From: Candidatus Micrarchaeota archaeon
GTDB taxonomy: Archaea; Iainarchaeota; Iainarchaeia; Iainarchaeales; JAGVWC01
Reading direction: 5' to 3'
NCBI GenBank assembly: GCA_043803815.1
Contig: JAZDJR010000036.1
Location: forward strand, 1-33,935
DNA length: 33,935 bases
A model generated the notes under the pieces. The model was given only the letters and a program-made list of their open reading frames with translations, had not been told where the DNA came from and made no database searches. Shown here one piece after another: positions 17,916-27,576 of the stretch (position 1 is the stretch's first letter; every line of letters starts with the position of its first letter). The position numbers and the translations under genes were made by a program.

Positions 17916-20900
17916 ATCCAGATTCGCATAATGAGATAGCGGCTTTGCAAAGAAGAGCAGTTGATTTGCAGGGCGTTATTGTTGGGGCATTCGGCTATCG
18001 CGCCGTTTCGGTTAATGACGGCATACAAATTGCCTTCTCCTTTGACGGGGTTGTCAAATGTCAGTTCGAAATAATTTCCGCAGCCGTTTTGTTTTTGGCC
18101 GCAGGCAAACGCGGAAACGGGAACTGTGGCAAGCACGGTTCCGGTTTTGGGGTTTCCTTTCAGGATTTCGATTTGGCTGGCAAGGGTGGAAAGGTATCCG
18201 TCGTTAATCGCGTTAAAGTCGAACAACGTGGTTTGGTTTCCGATTGCGTCCGCGCCAAGAACGGTCAGGGTCAAGTCGCGGTATTGTACGGGAACCTGAA
18301 TATTGACGTCCCATGGAATGGGGTTTTGGACGTGGCCGTTAATGTCTTTCCATTCCAGCACGGTTCCTTGCGGGGGAAATACGCGATTTTGGTCGCTGCA
18401 CGTTGCGCTGTTGTTGCAGTCGAACTGCATGATGAAATATCCGCTCCACGTGGTGTTTAAACTGTTCAGGTCGTTGACAAAATAGTACACGTAATTTTGG
18501 CTTCCGATAGTCAGGGAAATGCCCCCGTCAAAATCGGTGATGGTAACGCCGCTTGGAATCGGCACCAGCAAATTGGAATCCAGTATCGTTTGGGTATTTC
18601 CTTGGGCCGCGATTTCCCCGATTTTTTCGGCAATAATCAGGTATAATGCGGCTAGTGAGTTCTGGTCGCTGGCTACGTACGATGTTCCGCCGGTTGCATT
18701 GGCAATGGCTTGCAATTCGGCAACGCTGGCGTCGGCCCCGAATGCGACGGTAAAAATCGTGATTCCAGCGGTATTGGCGTCTTGTGCCGCAGACAAACTG
18801 TTTCCTTCGGTTGATTGCCCGTCCGACATCAGGACCTGGAATTTTCGCGCATTTGGATTGCGGTTAACGCCGGTTGTTAATTCGGTTGTGGCGCGGCGAA
18901 TGCCGGATTCGATATCCGTTCCGCCGCCGGAAACAAGGGCATACAATGCGGCATTGACATCGCCGCGATTATTGGTGAAATTTTTGTCCAGTGTAGCCGA
19001 GGTATTAAACGAAACCAAGGCCAGCTGGTCTTGGGGTTTCCAAAAATTGTAATCCAGTAAAACGCTTCCCGCGCTTTTGGATTGGTCGATGCGGGGGCCG
19101 GCATTCAAATCAATTGTTATGAATCCCTGGCTTTGGCTGGCCAAATAAGCGGTGCTTGCTTTGACAAACAAGCCGCGATAAGTGTAGGTGGTGTCAAAGA
19201 GTTTCACAAAAACAGGGGAAGCTGGATTGGAAACATTGACAACTTGCAAAGACGTTCCGTCCGCCATATACATCCGGTTGTTTTGAACAAAGATATCATA
19301 TGTGTTACCGGATGCTGGGTAACTTCCGGCTAAAATAGGGCTTGCGGGATTGGAAACGTTGATGATTTGCACGCCGCCAACGGAATCCGCGACGTAGGCG
19401 TAATTTCCGCTGGCAAATACGCGTACCGCGTCATTGGTATCAAGGCCGCCCAAATAGGAGGGTCGCTGGGGATTGGCAAGGCTGAAAATTTTTAAGCCGT
19501 TGGTTCCGTCGGCCAAATAGAGATAATTTCCCGACACGGTAGCATCCTGCGCGTCGGTTGTGCGGTAGGTTCCAACCAATACAGGGGACGCTTTGGTAAC
19601 GGCATTAATGACCTGCAATCCGCCGTAGGTATAGGTGCGAAGCACCAAATCGCTGGTTTGAACCACGTTGTTTTTGTAGGCTGCGCCGTTGGCGTACGGA
19701 TTCGAGCTTCGGGCGCCCCATTGGTAATAATTCGTTGCGCTGATGGTGGTTGTGGTCAATACGATATAATAGGTTCCGCCAGGGGTTACCGAAACAGGGA
19801 ACGCAAAATCCAGTTGTTTGGCGGCATACGAAGTCGTCAGGCTGGCCGCGGTTACGCGAATCGACGCCAAGTCGGTTCCATTGTATGACGAGCGCAGATG
19901 AACATTCAGGTCGGCGGCCGGGCTTCCGACTTTTCGCAATTGCAATTCGACCCCTGAAATAACGCCGTTTCCCGTGATAAACGACTGGCCGGCATTGGTG
20001 TCGGTCGTTGCGTTAAGACCGATTGAAAAATTGATGTTGGGCGCGCTGGTCGTTGTCGTGACATCATAAATTACGCCGGCGCTTGTGGTGGCCAAATACA
20101 CCAAATTATTATTTACATCAACGCCGTTGGCAGGCTGAAACTGGGTCAATGCTGAAACCGAAGACAGGCTGTTTGGGTTTGCCGCATTCACGATTCGAAA
20201 ACCGCCGGTGCCATCCGCCACGTACACATACTTGTTGGCGTCCTGGGCAACGTCATACGCGGTTCCCGGCGTGTTATACACACTCATCAACAAAGGCAAT
20301 TTGGGGTTGTTCACGTCAATCGTGCGCACGCCGCCAGTTCCGTCCGCCAAATAAGCGATGTTGGCATCCACTACGGTATCATAGGCGTTGGTGGTGGCAA
20401 CTTCGCCGTCCCAGCTCATGGAACCGCTGCGGTCCATGACCATGGTTACATCCACCGGCGGCCGACCAAAATTCATCACGTGCACGTTCAAATCCACCCG
20501 GATATCCTGGTCGCAAACGAGGTTTTGGCTTGGGTTAATCGAAACCGAAAAGGCGATATTGGCGTCGCTGGCCGCGGAAAACAACGCGGTTCCCGAGGAA
20601 AAACTTGCCTTGGAAAAATCGCCGGTGCCTGCCGAAAAACTTTTTTTTGAATCCGACTCAGAATTCGTTGAATCGGGCCAATTCCGATTAACCGCAGGTG
20701 AAATTCCGCGGTTTTTAGCGGCATTTTCATTGGGGCGTATTTTATTTCCAATCGGCTTGTTTTCAGCGGAAAAAAATACGTTTTTTGGAGCAAAAGTAAA
20801 CCAATTATTCAAGGCGTTTTGGGAATGTTCAGCGTTCAGTGAAATGTAACCGCTTTGAATCGAACAGCTTACATTCGCGCCTTTTCGGTACAGGGTGGCT

Positions 20901-21334
20901 TCCTGATAGCTCACGATTTTGTCGTTTGGAACCGCGGAACCGGCTGGCGGATAGGTTTTGAAAAGCGAAAAACAATCGGAAAATGACTGGCTAGCGTGGC
21001 AGGCATTGGAGTCATAGGCATATTCGTCCAGTTCGATTCTAAACGCGGTTCTTTTGGGCAAAATCGCGGTTAACTGGCTGAAAATGAACTGCATTTTGTT
21101 GCCGTCGGAAAGTCCGTTGGTGTCCAATGTGTTGAACACAAAACCGGTTTCATCCAAGTGAATCGCGGCATCCGTTGACGCGGAATTGAGGGTTTGGTTT
21201 TCCGAAATGGCCTGATTTTGCTGACTGGTCAAAACGGCAACGCCGGCAAACGAAACCGCCAAAATCGCGGCCAGCAAAATGTCGGTTGACAATACGAATC
21301 CGCTAGCGGAAAAGCGAGAGCCTAAACGCGGCAT
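17903..21334 (-). CDS. Large pilin-anchored adhesin: vWA domain, LVIVD repeats, beta-sandwich and CARDB-like C-terminus
   Basis: G/FVLSTD N-terminus; MIDAS DRSGS...GGGTDI...LMSDG; repeated AYLADGTGG..IDVNNP..P motifs; C-terminal LYAVIN...IAEC.NNN. Confidence 0.85.
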   Translation of the reverse strand: MPRLGSRFSASGFVLSTDILLAAILAVSFAGVAVLTSQQNQAISENQTLNSASTDAAIHLDETGFVFNTLDTNGLSDGNKMQFIFSQLTAILPKRTAFRIELDEYAYDSNACHASQSFSDCFSLFKTYPPAGSAVPNDKIVSYQEATLYRKGANVSCSIQSGYISLNAEHSQNALNNWFTFAPKNVFFSAENKPIGNKIRPNENAAKNRGISPAVNRNWPDSTNSESDSKKSFSAGTGDFSKASFSSGTALFSAASDANIAFSVSINPSQNLVCDQDIRVDLNVHVMNFGRPPVDVTMVMDRSGSMSWDGEVATTNAYDTVVDANIAYLADGTGGVRTIDVNNPKLPLLMSVYNTPGTAYDVAQDANKYVYVADGTGGFRIVNAANPNSLSSVSALTQFQPANGVDVNNNLVYLATTSAGVIYDVTTTTSAPNINFSIGLNATTDTNAGQSFITGNGVISGVELQLRKVGSPAADLNVHLRSSYNGTDLASIRVTAASLTTSYAAKQLDFAFPVSVTPGGTYYIVLTTTTISATNYYQWGARSSNPYANGAAYKNNVVQTSDLVLRTYTYGGLQVINAVTKASPVLVGTYRTTDAQDATVSGNYLYLADGTNGLKIFSLANPQRPSYLGGLDTNDAVRVFASGNYAYVADSVGGVQIINVSNPASPILAGSYPASGNTYDIFVQNNRMYMADGTSLQVVNVSNPASPVFVKLFDTTYTYRGLFVKASTAYLASQSQGFITIDLNAGPRIDQSKSAGSVLLDYNFWKPQDQLALVSFNTSATLDKNFTNNRGDVNAALYALVSGGGTDIESGIRRATTELTTGVNRNPNARKFQVLMSDGQSTEGNSLSAAQDANTAGITIFTVAFGADASVAELQAIANATGGTSYVASDQNSLAALYLIIAEKIGEIAAQGNTQTILDSNLLVPIPSGVTITDFDGGISLTIGSQNYVYYFVNDLNSLNTTWSGYFIMQFDCNNSATCSDQNRVFPPQGTVLEWKDINGHVQNPIPWDVNIQVPVQYRDLTLTVLGADAIGNQTTLFDFNAINDGYLSTLASQIEILKGNPKTGTVLATVPVSAFACGQKQNGCGNYFELTFDNPVKGEGNLYAVINRNGAIAECPNNNALQINCSSLQSRYLIMRIWMWNQ

Positions 21335-21788
21335 AGTCCCCTCCGATAGTCACAATTTTTTCCGAGGCAAACACATCCGAAAAGCCGTTGGTGTCTTTTC
21401 CAAAATTGGTGTCCAGCAAATTGTTATTCGAATCGATATCGATTCTGAATTCGTAGGCATTCAGGTTCATGATATTGCGCACCGAATTATAATCCGCAAT
21501 GGTCATGGCCCGCAGGATTGAAATTTTTTGCGGGTCCAAAACATTCGGTTCGATAGCCAGTCCGATAACCGTAACGCTTTGAAAGTTCCAGTCGATTGGA
21601 AATCCGGGAGACGACACCAATAACTCGGCATGGCTTTGCACCCGGTTTTGGATTTCGCGTGCTCGCTGCTGGATTCGGTAACGGTCCAGATTCATTGTAT
21701 AAGACTGATACAAAAAAGAAAAAACCAGCAAAAAAACAAGCACGCTGGCAATCAGGTCCAAACTCATGATTTGACCGTTCGAATTCAT
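21303..21788 (-). CDS. Minor pilin-like protein (class III signal peptide)
   Basis: MNSNG/QIMSLD plus hydrophobic helix; L.SSPG.P.DW motif. Confidence 0.8.
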   Translation of the reverse strand: MNSNGQIMSLDLIASVLVFLLVFSFLYQSYTMNLDRYRIQQRAREIQNRVQSHAELLVSSPGFPIDWNFQSVTVIGLAIEPNVLDPQKISILRAMTIADYNSVRNIMNLNAYEFRIDIDSNNNLLDTNFGKDTNGFSDVFASEKIVTIGGDYAAFRLSLFR

Positions 21789-21795
21789 CGATTGC

Positions 21796-22158
21796 TCACC
21801 CGTTCAAAACCGTTACGGTTCCCGAAATATTCCTGATTAAAACACGGCCCGCATTCAGGTTCGCCGGCAAAACACTGGCCGAAAAATTGCACACCGCCTG
21901 ATTGACCATTACCGAACGGCCGGAAACAGAACTTGCGGAATTCATAGTCAAACCGGCTCGAGTTCCGGGCCCTTGAATAAAACTTTCCTGAATAAGGCCG
22001 GCCAGGCGATTGCATTGCAAATCGTCCGGACCGTAAGAAGAAATCGAATTGGACGAAACGCCGATTTCAACGGACATGGCAATGGCCAATAAAAAAAGCA
22101 CCATGATAACGCCGATCATAATCAGGGATTCCAAGGAAACCTGACCAATCGATTGCAT
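21796..22158 (-). CDS. Pilin-like protein (class III signal peptide)
   Basis: MQSIG/QVSLE with Glu at +5, then a hydrophobic helix. Confidence 0.8.
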   Translation of the reverse strand: MQSIGQVSLESLIMIGVIMVLFLLAIAMSVEIGVSSNSISSYGPDDLQCNRLAGLIQESFIQGPGTRAGLTMNSASSVSGRSVMVNQAVCNFSASVLPANLNAGRVLIRNISGTVTVLNG

Positions 22159-22592
22159 TATCCCACCTGCTGAACCCAAACGTTCAGGTCCTGGCTTGCG
22201 GTTCGAATCAAAAACGTTCCGGGAATGATTGGAAGCGAACCCGCGACATTGGCGTCGGTATACGAAAAAAAGTTCTGGTCTCCGAATGTTGTTGCCAAAG
22301 TAAAGCCGATTTCTTTTCCCGACAAGCCGCCGACAAAACTCGTTTTGAGATTTTGAGGAAGCGTGATTCTGACCGTGACCGCGTTTCCCGTTCCTTGGCG
22401 ATACACGTGATTAATCGAATTGGTCAGGCTCAAAACCGCGTCATTGGTTTGGCTGGTCGCAACGGAATCCGAAAAAAGCAAAAAAGACAATCCCGCCAAA
22501 ACCGCGACAATCGCCAGTAAAACCGCGGCAACCGACAAAAACTCGATTCCAATCTGGCCGGTTCTGCGCTTCGAAAAGCCGAGTTTTAGCAT
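22158..22592 (-). CDS. Pilin-like protein (class III signal peptide)
   Basis: KRRTG/QIGIEF with Glu at +5; VY.QG.G...V.I.LP motif; ATG at 22592. Confidence 0.82.
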   Translation of the reverse strand: MLKLGFSKRRTGQIGIEFLSVAAVLLAIVAVLAGLSFLLFSDSVATSQTNDAVLSLTNSINHVYRQGTGNAVTVRITLPQNLKTSFVGGLSGKEIGFTLATTFGDQNFFSYTDANVAGSLPIIPGTFLIRTASQDLNVWVQQVG

Positions 22593-22821
22593 GCCATAAT
22601 AAAGCGGTTTTAAGTTAAATAACTTGCTAAATCCGCCCAAAAAGAGGCGGAAGATTGGCCTAAACAAAAGCAGTCGGAAGTTTGAATATAATCGGCGAAT
22701 TTCGATTTCGATTTTTCAGCTTTTGGCTTTCAAACGCCCGATTGTTTCGAATCGTTTTTATAGTAGAAAATCGTTCTGTTAGCGGTGCTTTTTTTTGAAA
22801 ACACAATCTTTTTCGCAGACC

Positions 22822-24297
22822 ATGCAGGCCAAAGTTTTTGACGCGGACGCGGGAACCAGCGTTGCCATTCTCAACGAAACCGACGCCAAAGAACTCGACG
22901 TTTTGGCCTTGGAGCGCGTCGAACTGTTTTGCCCCCGCACGAAAAAAAAAATAGTGGCCATTGCGGACATTACCAAAACACTGGTTCACGAAAACCAAAT
23001 CGGCCTGTTTTTAGGGCTTCAAAAAGAGCTCGGCGTCAGGCCCAACGAACAAATCCGCGTGTCCACCTGCCCCAAACCCGAAAGCGTTTTGTTTATCCGA
23101 AAAAAAATGAACGGAAACGAACTTAGTCCGTCCGAAATCAAATCCATCATTTCCGACATCAGCGCCAATCGCCTGTCCGAAATCGAAACCGCGGCATTTG
23201 TCAGCGCGATTTACATGCGCGGAAACACATTATCCGAAATCATTTCAACAACCAAAGCGCTGGTTTCTTCCGGCGAACAGCTTCGCTTTTCAAGACCGCC
23301 CGTTTTGGACAAGCATTCCATCGGCGGAATTAACGGCCGAACCAGCATGATAATTGTTCCAATCATTGCCGCCGCGGGTTTTTTAATTCCAAAAACCGCT
23401 TCGCGCGCCATCACTTCGGCCGCGGGAACCGCCGACGCCATGGAATGCCTGGGGCGGGTAAATTTTTCCGTCGAGGAATTCAGGCGCATTGTCCAAAAAA
23501 CCAACGGAATCATCGCCTGGGGCGGAGCAATCGATTTGGCCCCTGGAGACGACAAAATAATCAAAATCGAGCACCCGTTGTCATTGGACCCGGAAGGCCA
23601 AGTCATTGCCAGTGTTATGGCCAAAAAAAAGAGCGTTGGCGCGCAAAAACTCGTCATCGACATTCCAATCGGCCCCTACTGCAAAGTAACCGATTCCAAA
23701 AAAGCTAATTCCATGGCGGAAAAATTCAGGGCGGTTGGAAAAGCGGTCGGAATCCAGACCCAAGTGATGATTACCAACGGAAACGAACCCGTCGGAAACG
23801 CCATCGGCCCCGCCTTGGAAGCACGCCTTGCACTTGAAATACTGGAAAACCGCGAATTCGATTCTTTGGCTAAAAAATCCTGCCAACTGGCGGGACGGCT
23901 GCTTGAAATGACCAAAACCGCAGCTAACGGAAAAGGATTTGACAAAGCCAAAAAAATACTGGAAGACGGCTCTGCCCTTGAAAAAATGAAGGAAATAATC
24001 AAAGCCCAGCACGGAAACGCAACCGCAAGCAAACAAGTAACCGTTGGAAAACTTTCCGAAGACGTCATATCCCCAAAAAGCGGCCTCATCCGCGAAATGC
24101 ACCTCAAAAACCTTATTGTGCTCGCACGCACCGCAGGCGCTCCCGGAGACCTTTCATCCGGACTCGTGCTGCACTGCCACCCAAACGAAACCATTGAAAA
24201 AGGCGATTCCTTACTGACCGTTTACTCAAGCAACCGGCAAAAACTCGAACTGGCCCTGCAATTTGCCAAAGAAAACACCTTGGTCACGATACGCTAA
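22822..24297 (+). CDS. deoA: AMP phosphorylase (thymidine phosphorylase family)
   Basis: N-terminal extension typical of AMP phosphorylases; DKHSIGG, PKTASRAITSAAGTAD, GPALEA. Confidence 0.92.
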   Translation: MQAKVFDADAGTSVAILNETDAKELDVLALERVELFCPRTKKKIVAIADITKTLVHENQIGLFLGLQKELGVRPNEQIRVSTCPKPESVLFIRKKMNGNELSPSEIKSIISDISANRLSEIETAAFVSAIYMRGNTLSEIISTTKALVSSGEQLRFSRPPVLDKHSIGGINGRTSMIIVPIIAAAGFLIPKTASRAITSAAGTADAMECLGRVNFSVEEFRRIVQKTNGIIAWGGAIDLAPGDDKIIKIEHPLSLDPEGQVIASVMAKKKSVGAQKLVIDIPIGPYCKVTDSKKANSMAEKFRAVGKAVGIQTQVMITNGNEPVGNAIGPALEARLALEILENREFDSLAKKSCQLAGRLLEMTKTAANGKGFDKAKKILEDGSALEKMKEIIKAQHGNATASKQVTVGKLSEDVISPKSGLIREMHLKNLIVLARTAGAPGDLSSGLVLHCHPNETIEKGDSLLTVYSSNRQKLELALQFAKENTLVTIR

Positions 24298-24354
24298 AAA
24301 AAAAATCAAATTCAAAACCCGAATTCCACGTTAAAAAAACAAACAGTTAATTCG

Positions 24355-24453
24355 GTTTATAGCAAAAAGCCTAAGTATTTGAGCATCCTAACGGCTTTTT
24401 GCATATAGCAAATTGCATAAAAAGTTCAAAAACAAAAGCAATTTGCTATAAAC
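24355..24453. repeat. Tandem pair of inverted repeats, each with a 21-nt spacer
   Basis: TATAGCAAAAAGCC-N21-GGCTTTTTGCATATA overlaps TATAGCAAATTGC-N21-GCAATTTGCTATA. Confidence 0.7.
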
Positions 24454-24542
24454 AAAAAATTAATTTGCGGTTTTAAAAAAACAGTCGGTTTGCGATTAAA
24501 AAAAAACTTGATTGGAAAAATTAATTTTAATCGGTTTTTATT

Positions 24543-25367
24543 TTAATACAATTCGTTGAACAAGTCCACAAAGTCCTTGGCGGACAGCGCGTAGGTTTTT
24601 TCAACCGCGATTTTTTTTCTCCCGATTTTTTCTTTGGCCGCTGCCATCTCGATTTTGGGCTTAGGATTCAAAAACTGCCAGGCCAACTGGAGCGAATTTG
24701 CAATCGACTTGTTCTTATAGCGGAAAAGCTGGTTCACAAACCCGATAAACAAGGCGTCGTTTTTGGCCGAACCAAAGCGTTTTTTGAATTTCAGGTGAAT
24801 CAACGCCGATTCGCCCGAAGGACGCGGAAAAAAAGACGACGGGGAGACTTTGAGCACGATTTTTGTTTTGCAATAATACTGCGTAATCACGGATAACGCG
24901 TTATAATCGAAAAAACCCGGTTCCGCGATCAGGCGCTCCACGAACTCTTTTTGCATCACCAGATACGCGTCCTCAAAGCCGAGTTCGAACAGGCGATACA
25001 TCAAATCGGTTGAAATGTGGTAGGGCGGCGCGGAAACGACTTTGGAAAACTGCGGCAAAAGCGCTTTTAAAAAATCCGCGTGGATTAGCTCCACGTTTTG
25101 TGAATCCCCGAAGCGTTCCTCAAGCAGGGAAAATAAACGCTGGTCGGTCTCAACGCAAATCACTTTTTGGCAGGTCTTGGCCAGTTCCGCTGTAATAAAA
25201 CCCGTTCCGCCGCCGATTTCAAGCACAGTATCCTTTTTGGAAATCCCCGCTTTTTCAACGATTTCCGAAATCGCTTTTTCGTTAATCAAAAAATTCTGGC
25301 TCAGTTTCGGGCTCGGCTTGAAACGATACCTGACCATTAATTCGTTCAACTCGGAAAACAGGGTCAT
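24543..25367 (-). CDS. ksgA: 16S rRNA adenine dimethyltransferase KsgA/Dim1
   Basis: LSQNFL, VLEIGGGTG, SAPPYHIS, MQKEFVERL, FFPRP. Confidence 0.95.
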   Translation of the reverse strand: MTLFSELNELMVRYRFKPSPKLSQNFLINEKAISEIVEKAGISKKDTVLEIGGGTGFITAELAKTCQKVICVETDQRLFSLLEERFGDSQNVELIHADFLKALLPQFSKVVSAPPYHISTDLMYRLFELGFEDAYLVMQKEFVERLIAEPGFFDYNALSVITQYYCKTKIVLKVSPSSFFPRPSGESALIHLKFKKRFGSAKNDALFIGFVNQLFRYKNKSIANSLQLAWQFLNPKPKIEMAAAKEKIGRKKIAVEKTYALSAKDFVDLFNELY

Positions 25368-25410
25368 GACTAAAAAAGGAAGGCGGTATTTTTTATTGTA
25401 TGGGTATAAG

Positions 25411-26406
25411 TCACCTTTTTTTTTGCACGAATTCTAGGATTTTGCGGTTCAAATAGGAAACGGAGGGATTCAACGCCGAATAATTTGACACCCAAAACTC
25501 AAGTGAAACCGAATAATGGTCATGCAAAACTTTTTTAACGGAAAAAAAGCCTTTTTTGCCGACCCCGCCCTCCGGAATCGACTCCAATGATTTCAAAACG
25601 AACTTTTCAAGTTCTGCGACGTCGACCCTAAGCGGAACATCCACAACCATGTGATGCTTAAATCCGGGTTCGGGCTTGGACAAATTGACAATCCTTTGCT
25701 TGGCAAACTCGCTGTTGGAAATCGCCATTTCGTTCCCGTCCAAATCTTCCAGCCGCGCGCTGCGCAAACCGATTTTTTTCAGCCTTGCAACCTCGCCGGA
25801 ACTAAACCGCAGATAATTGTCGTACTGATACGGCTGGTCCAGCTGCAAGGCAATGCCCGCAAAAAAATTGGCCAAGGTTTCCTGCGACGCCAAACCCAAA
25901 AGCAATGCAACAATGCTGGTCAAGGCCAAAAGCCCGGTTACATCAAGCCCCACCATGGACATGGCAGCCAAAATCCCGAACGCGACAATCAAAACCCGCG
26001 AAACCTTGCGCACCACCGGAATCAAAGCAACATCCGACAAAGTGCCTCCTTCTTGCTGAACCTTAAAATAATACCAGCGCAAAATCGCCCCAACCAGTTC
26101 GGCAATCACGTACGACGCCACAATTACCAAAATCGCGAACGAATATTTTTGCAGGGCGGTCGAAATTCCCGCCAAATTTTCGACAAAATGCGAAACCGCA
26201 AAAACCGACAAAACGACAAAAACCAGCTTTAAGGGATTGCCCAGATACTCGACGACATAATCGTCCAGTTTCGTTTTCGTGCTCAAGGTCATTTTTTTGG
26301 ATAACCGCAAAACGACAAAATGAACGCCTTTTCCGACCCAAAAGCCCACAAACCCAATCAGCAATACTTCCAGGGCAATAACCGCCAAAGAAAAAACATC
26401 AACCAT
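25411..26406 (-). CDS. mscS: Small-conductance mechanosensitive channel
   Basis: TM helices, then LGLASQETLANFFAG, IGLRS and ISNS. Confidence 0.9.
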   Translation of the reverse strand: MVDVFSLAVIALEVLLIGFVGFWVGKGVHFVVLRLSKKMTLSTKTKLDDYVVEYLGNPLKLVFVVLSVFAVSHFVENLAGISTALQKYSFAILVIVASYVIAELVGAILRWYYFKVQQEGGTLSDVALIPVVRKVSRVLIVAFGILAAMSMVGLDVTGLLALTSIVALLLGLASQETLANFFAGIALQLDQPYQYDNYLRFSSGEVARLKKIGLRSARLEDLDGNEMAISNSEFAKQRIVNLSKPEPGFKHHMVVDVPLRVDVAELEKFVLKSLESIPEGGVGKKGFFSVKKVLHDHYSVSLEFWVSNYSALNPSVSYLNRKILEFVQKKR

Positions 26407-26618
26407 AACCAAAACCCGAAATAATACGCAGTTTTGGAATTTAAGGCTACTGACCCCGAACGGGTTAAACTCCAATCAGCCGCCGAAGGCTGAGGGCACG
26501 GACGGCTAAAAAACCGAAAAAACCCGAAAAAATTAAAAAATCAGAATGCAAAAATACAATAAATCAAAAAACAAGAATAAAAAATCGGAAATTAAACCAA
26601 AAATCAGTAAATCTTTTT

Positions 26619-27542
26619 TTACATCGACCGCAAAATCCGAATGCGGTCAGCAACCGGCGGATGAGTATTGAACAGGCCTTTCAGCCACATCTTGTTGTTT
26701 TTCAGCGGGTCGGCGATGTACAAGTGCGCGGTAGCCTTATTCGCGGCTTCCAAAGGCTCGGTGTCCTTTGAAATTTTTTCCAACGCTTTGGCCAGTCCTT
26801 CGGGGTAGCGCGTCAAGGCAACGCCTGACGCGTCCGCCAAATACTCGCGCCTGCGCGAAACAGCCAGCTGAATCAACGTTCCGACCAAAGGGGCCAAAAC
26901 AATGAATAGAATTCCGACAACCAGCAATATGACCGAACCGCCGCCTTTTCCTTCGCGGTTGCTTCCGCCCCAAAACATGGAGCGCAAAAAAAAGTCGGAC
27001 AATAAGACGACAAAGCCGACCATGATGCTGATTAAAGCCATAAAACGGATGTCGTAATTTTTGATGTGCGACATTTCGTGGGCCAATACCCCTTCAAGTT
27101 CGCTTCGGTCAAGTTTTTGCAATAGTCCCGTGGTGATGCAAATAACGCCGTGCTCGGGGTTCCGACCAGTTGCAAACGCGTTCGGAGCGGTGTCTTCAAT
27201 CACGAAAATCTTGGGCTTGGGAATTCCCGCGGCAATGCTTAATCCCGCAATCAGGTTGTCCAATAAGCGGTATTCCTCGTGGGTTGCTTCTCGCGCGCCG
27301 CTTAATTTGAGCACGATTTTATCCGAATAATAGTACGAGCCGACACTCATGAGAATTGATAAAACAAGCGCGATTCCGACGGCAAACGCGCCCCAGCCCA
27401 TAACACTGGCGATAATCCAGACCAAGGCGACAATGAAAAGGAAAAAGAAAAAAGTCAGTAAGACGGATTTTAATTTGTTTCCCGACATTTCCTGTACAAA
27501 ACTCACGATTCCACCTGCAAAATAAACATGCAACCAATCCAA
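26619..27542 (-). CDS. htpX: Membrane zinc metalloprotease HtpX (M48); true start probably a few codons downstream
   Basis: PNAFATG, AHEMSH, SRRREYLAD, THPP. Confidence 0.95.
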   Translation of the reverse strand: MDWLHVYFAGGIVSFVQEMSGNKLKSVLLTFFFFLFIVALVWIIASVMGWGAFAVGIALVLSILMSVGSYYYSDKIVLKLSGAREATHEEYRLLDNLIAGLSIAAGIPKPKIFVIEDTAPNAFATGRNPEHGVICITTGLLQKLDRSELEGVLAHEMSHIKNYDIRFMALISIMVGFVVLLSDFFLRSMFWGGSNREGKGGGSVILLVVGILFIVLAPLVGTLIQLAVSRRREYLADASGVALTRYPEGLAKALEKISKDTEPLEAANKATAHLYIADPLKNNKMWLKGLFNTHPPVADRIRILRSM

Positions 27543-27576
27543 TAAATACTCTTTGGTATTTTTACCCCAACCGCGG

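Noticed and set aside
24386-24465. Integron attC site (CCTAAC start; also GCCTAAC at ~33911)
   Set aside because: No matching GTTAGG core at the far end of the first, the second is truncated, and there is no integrase or cassette array.
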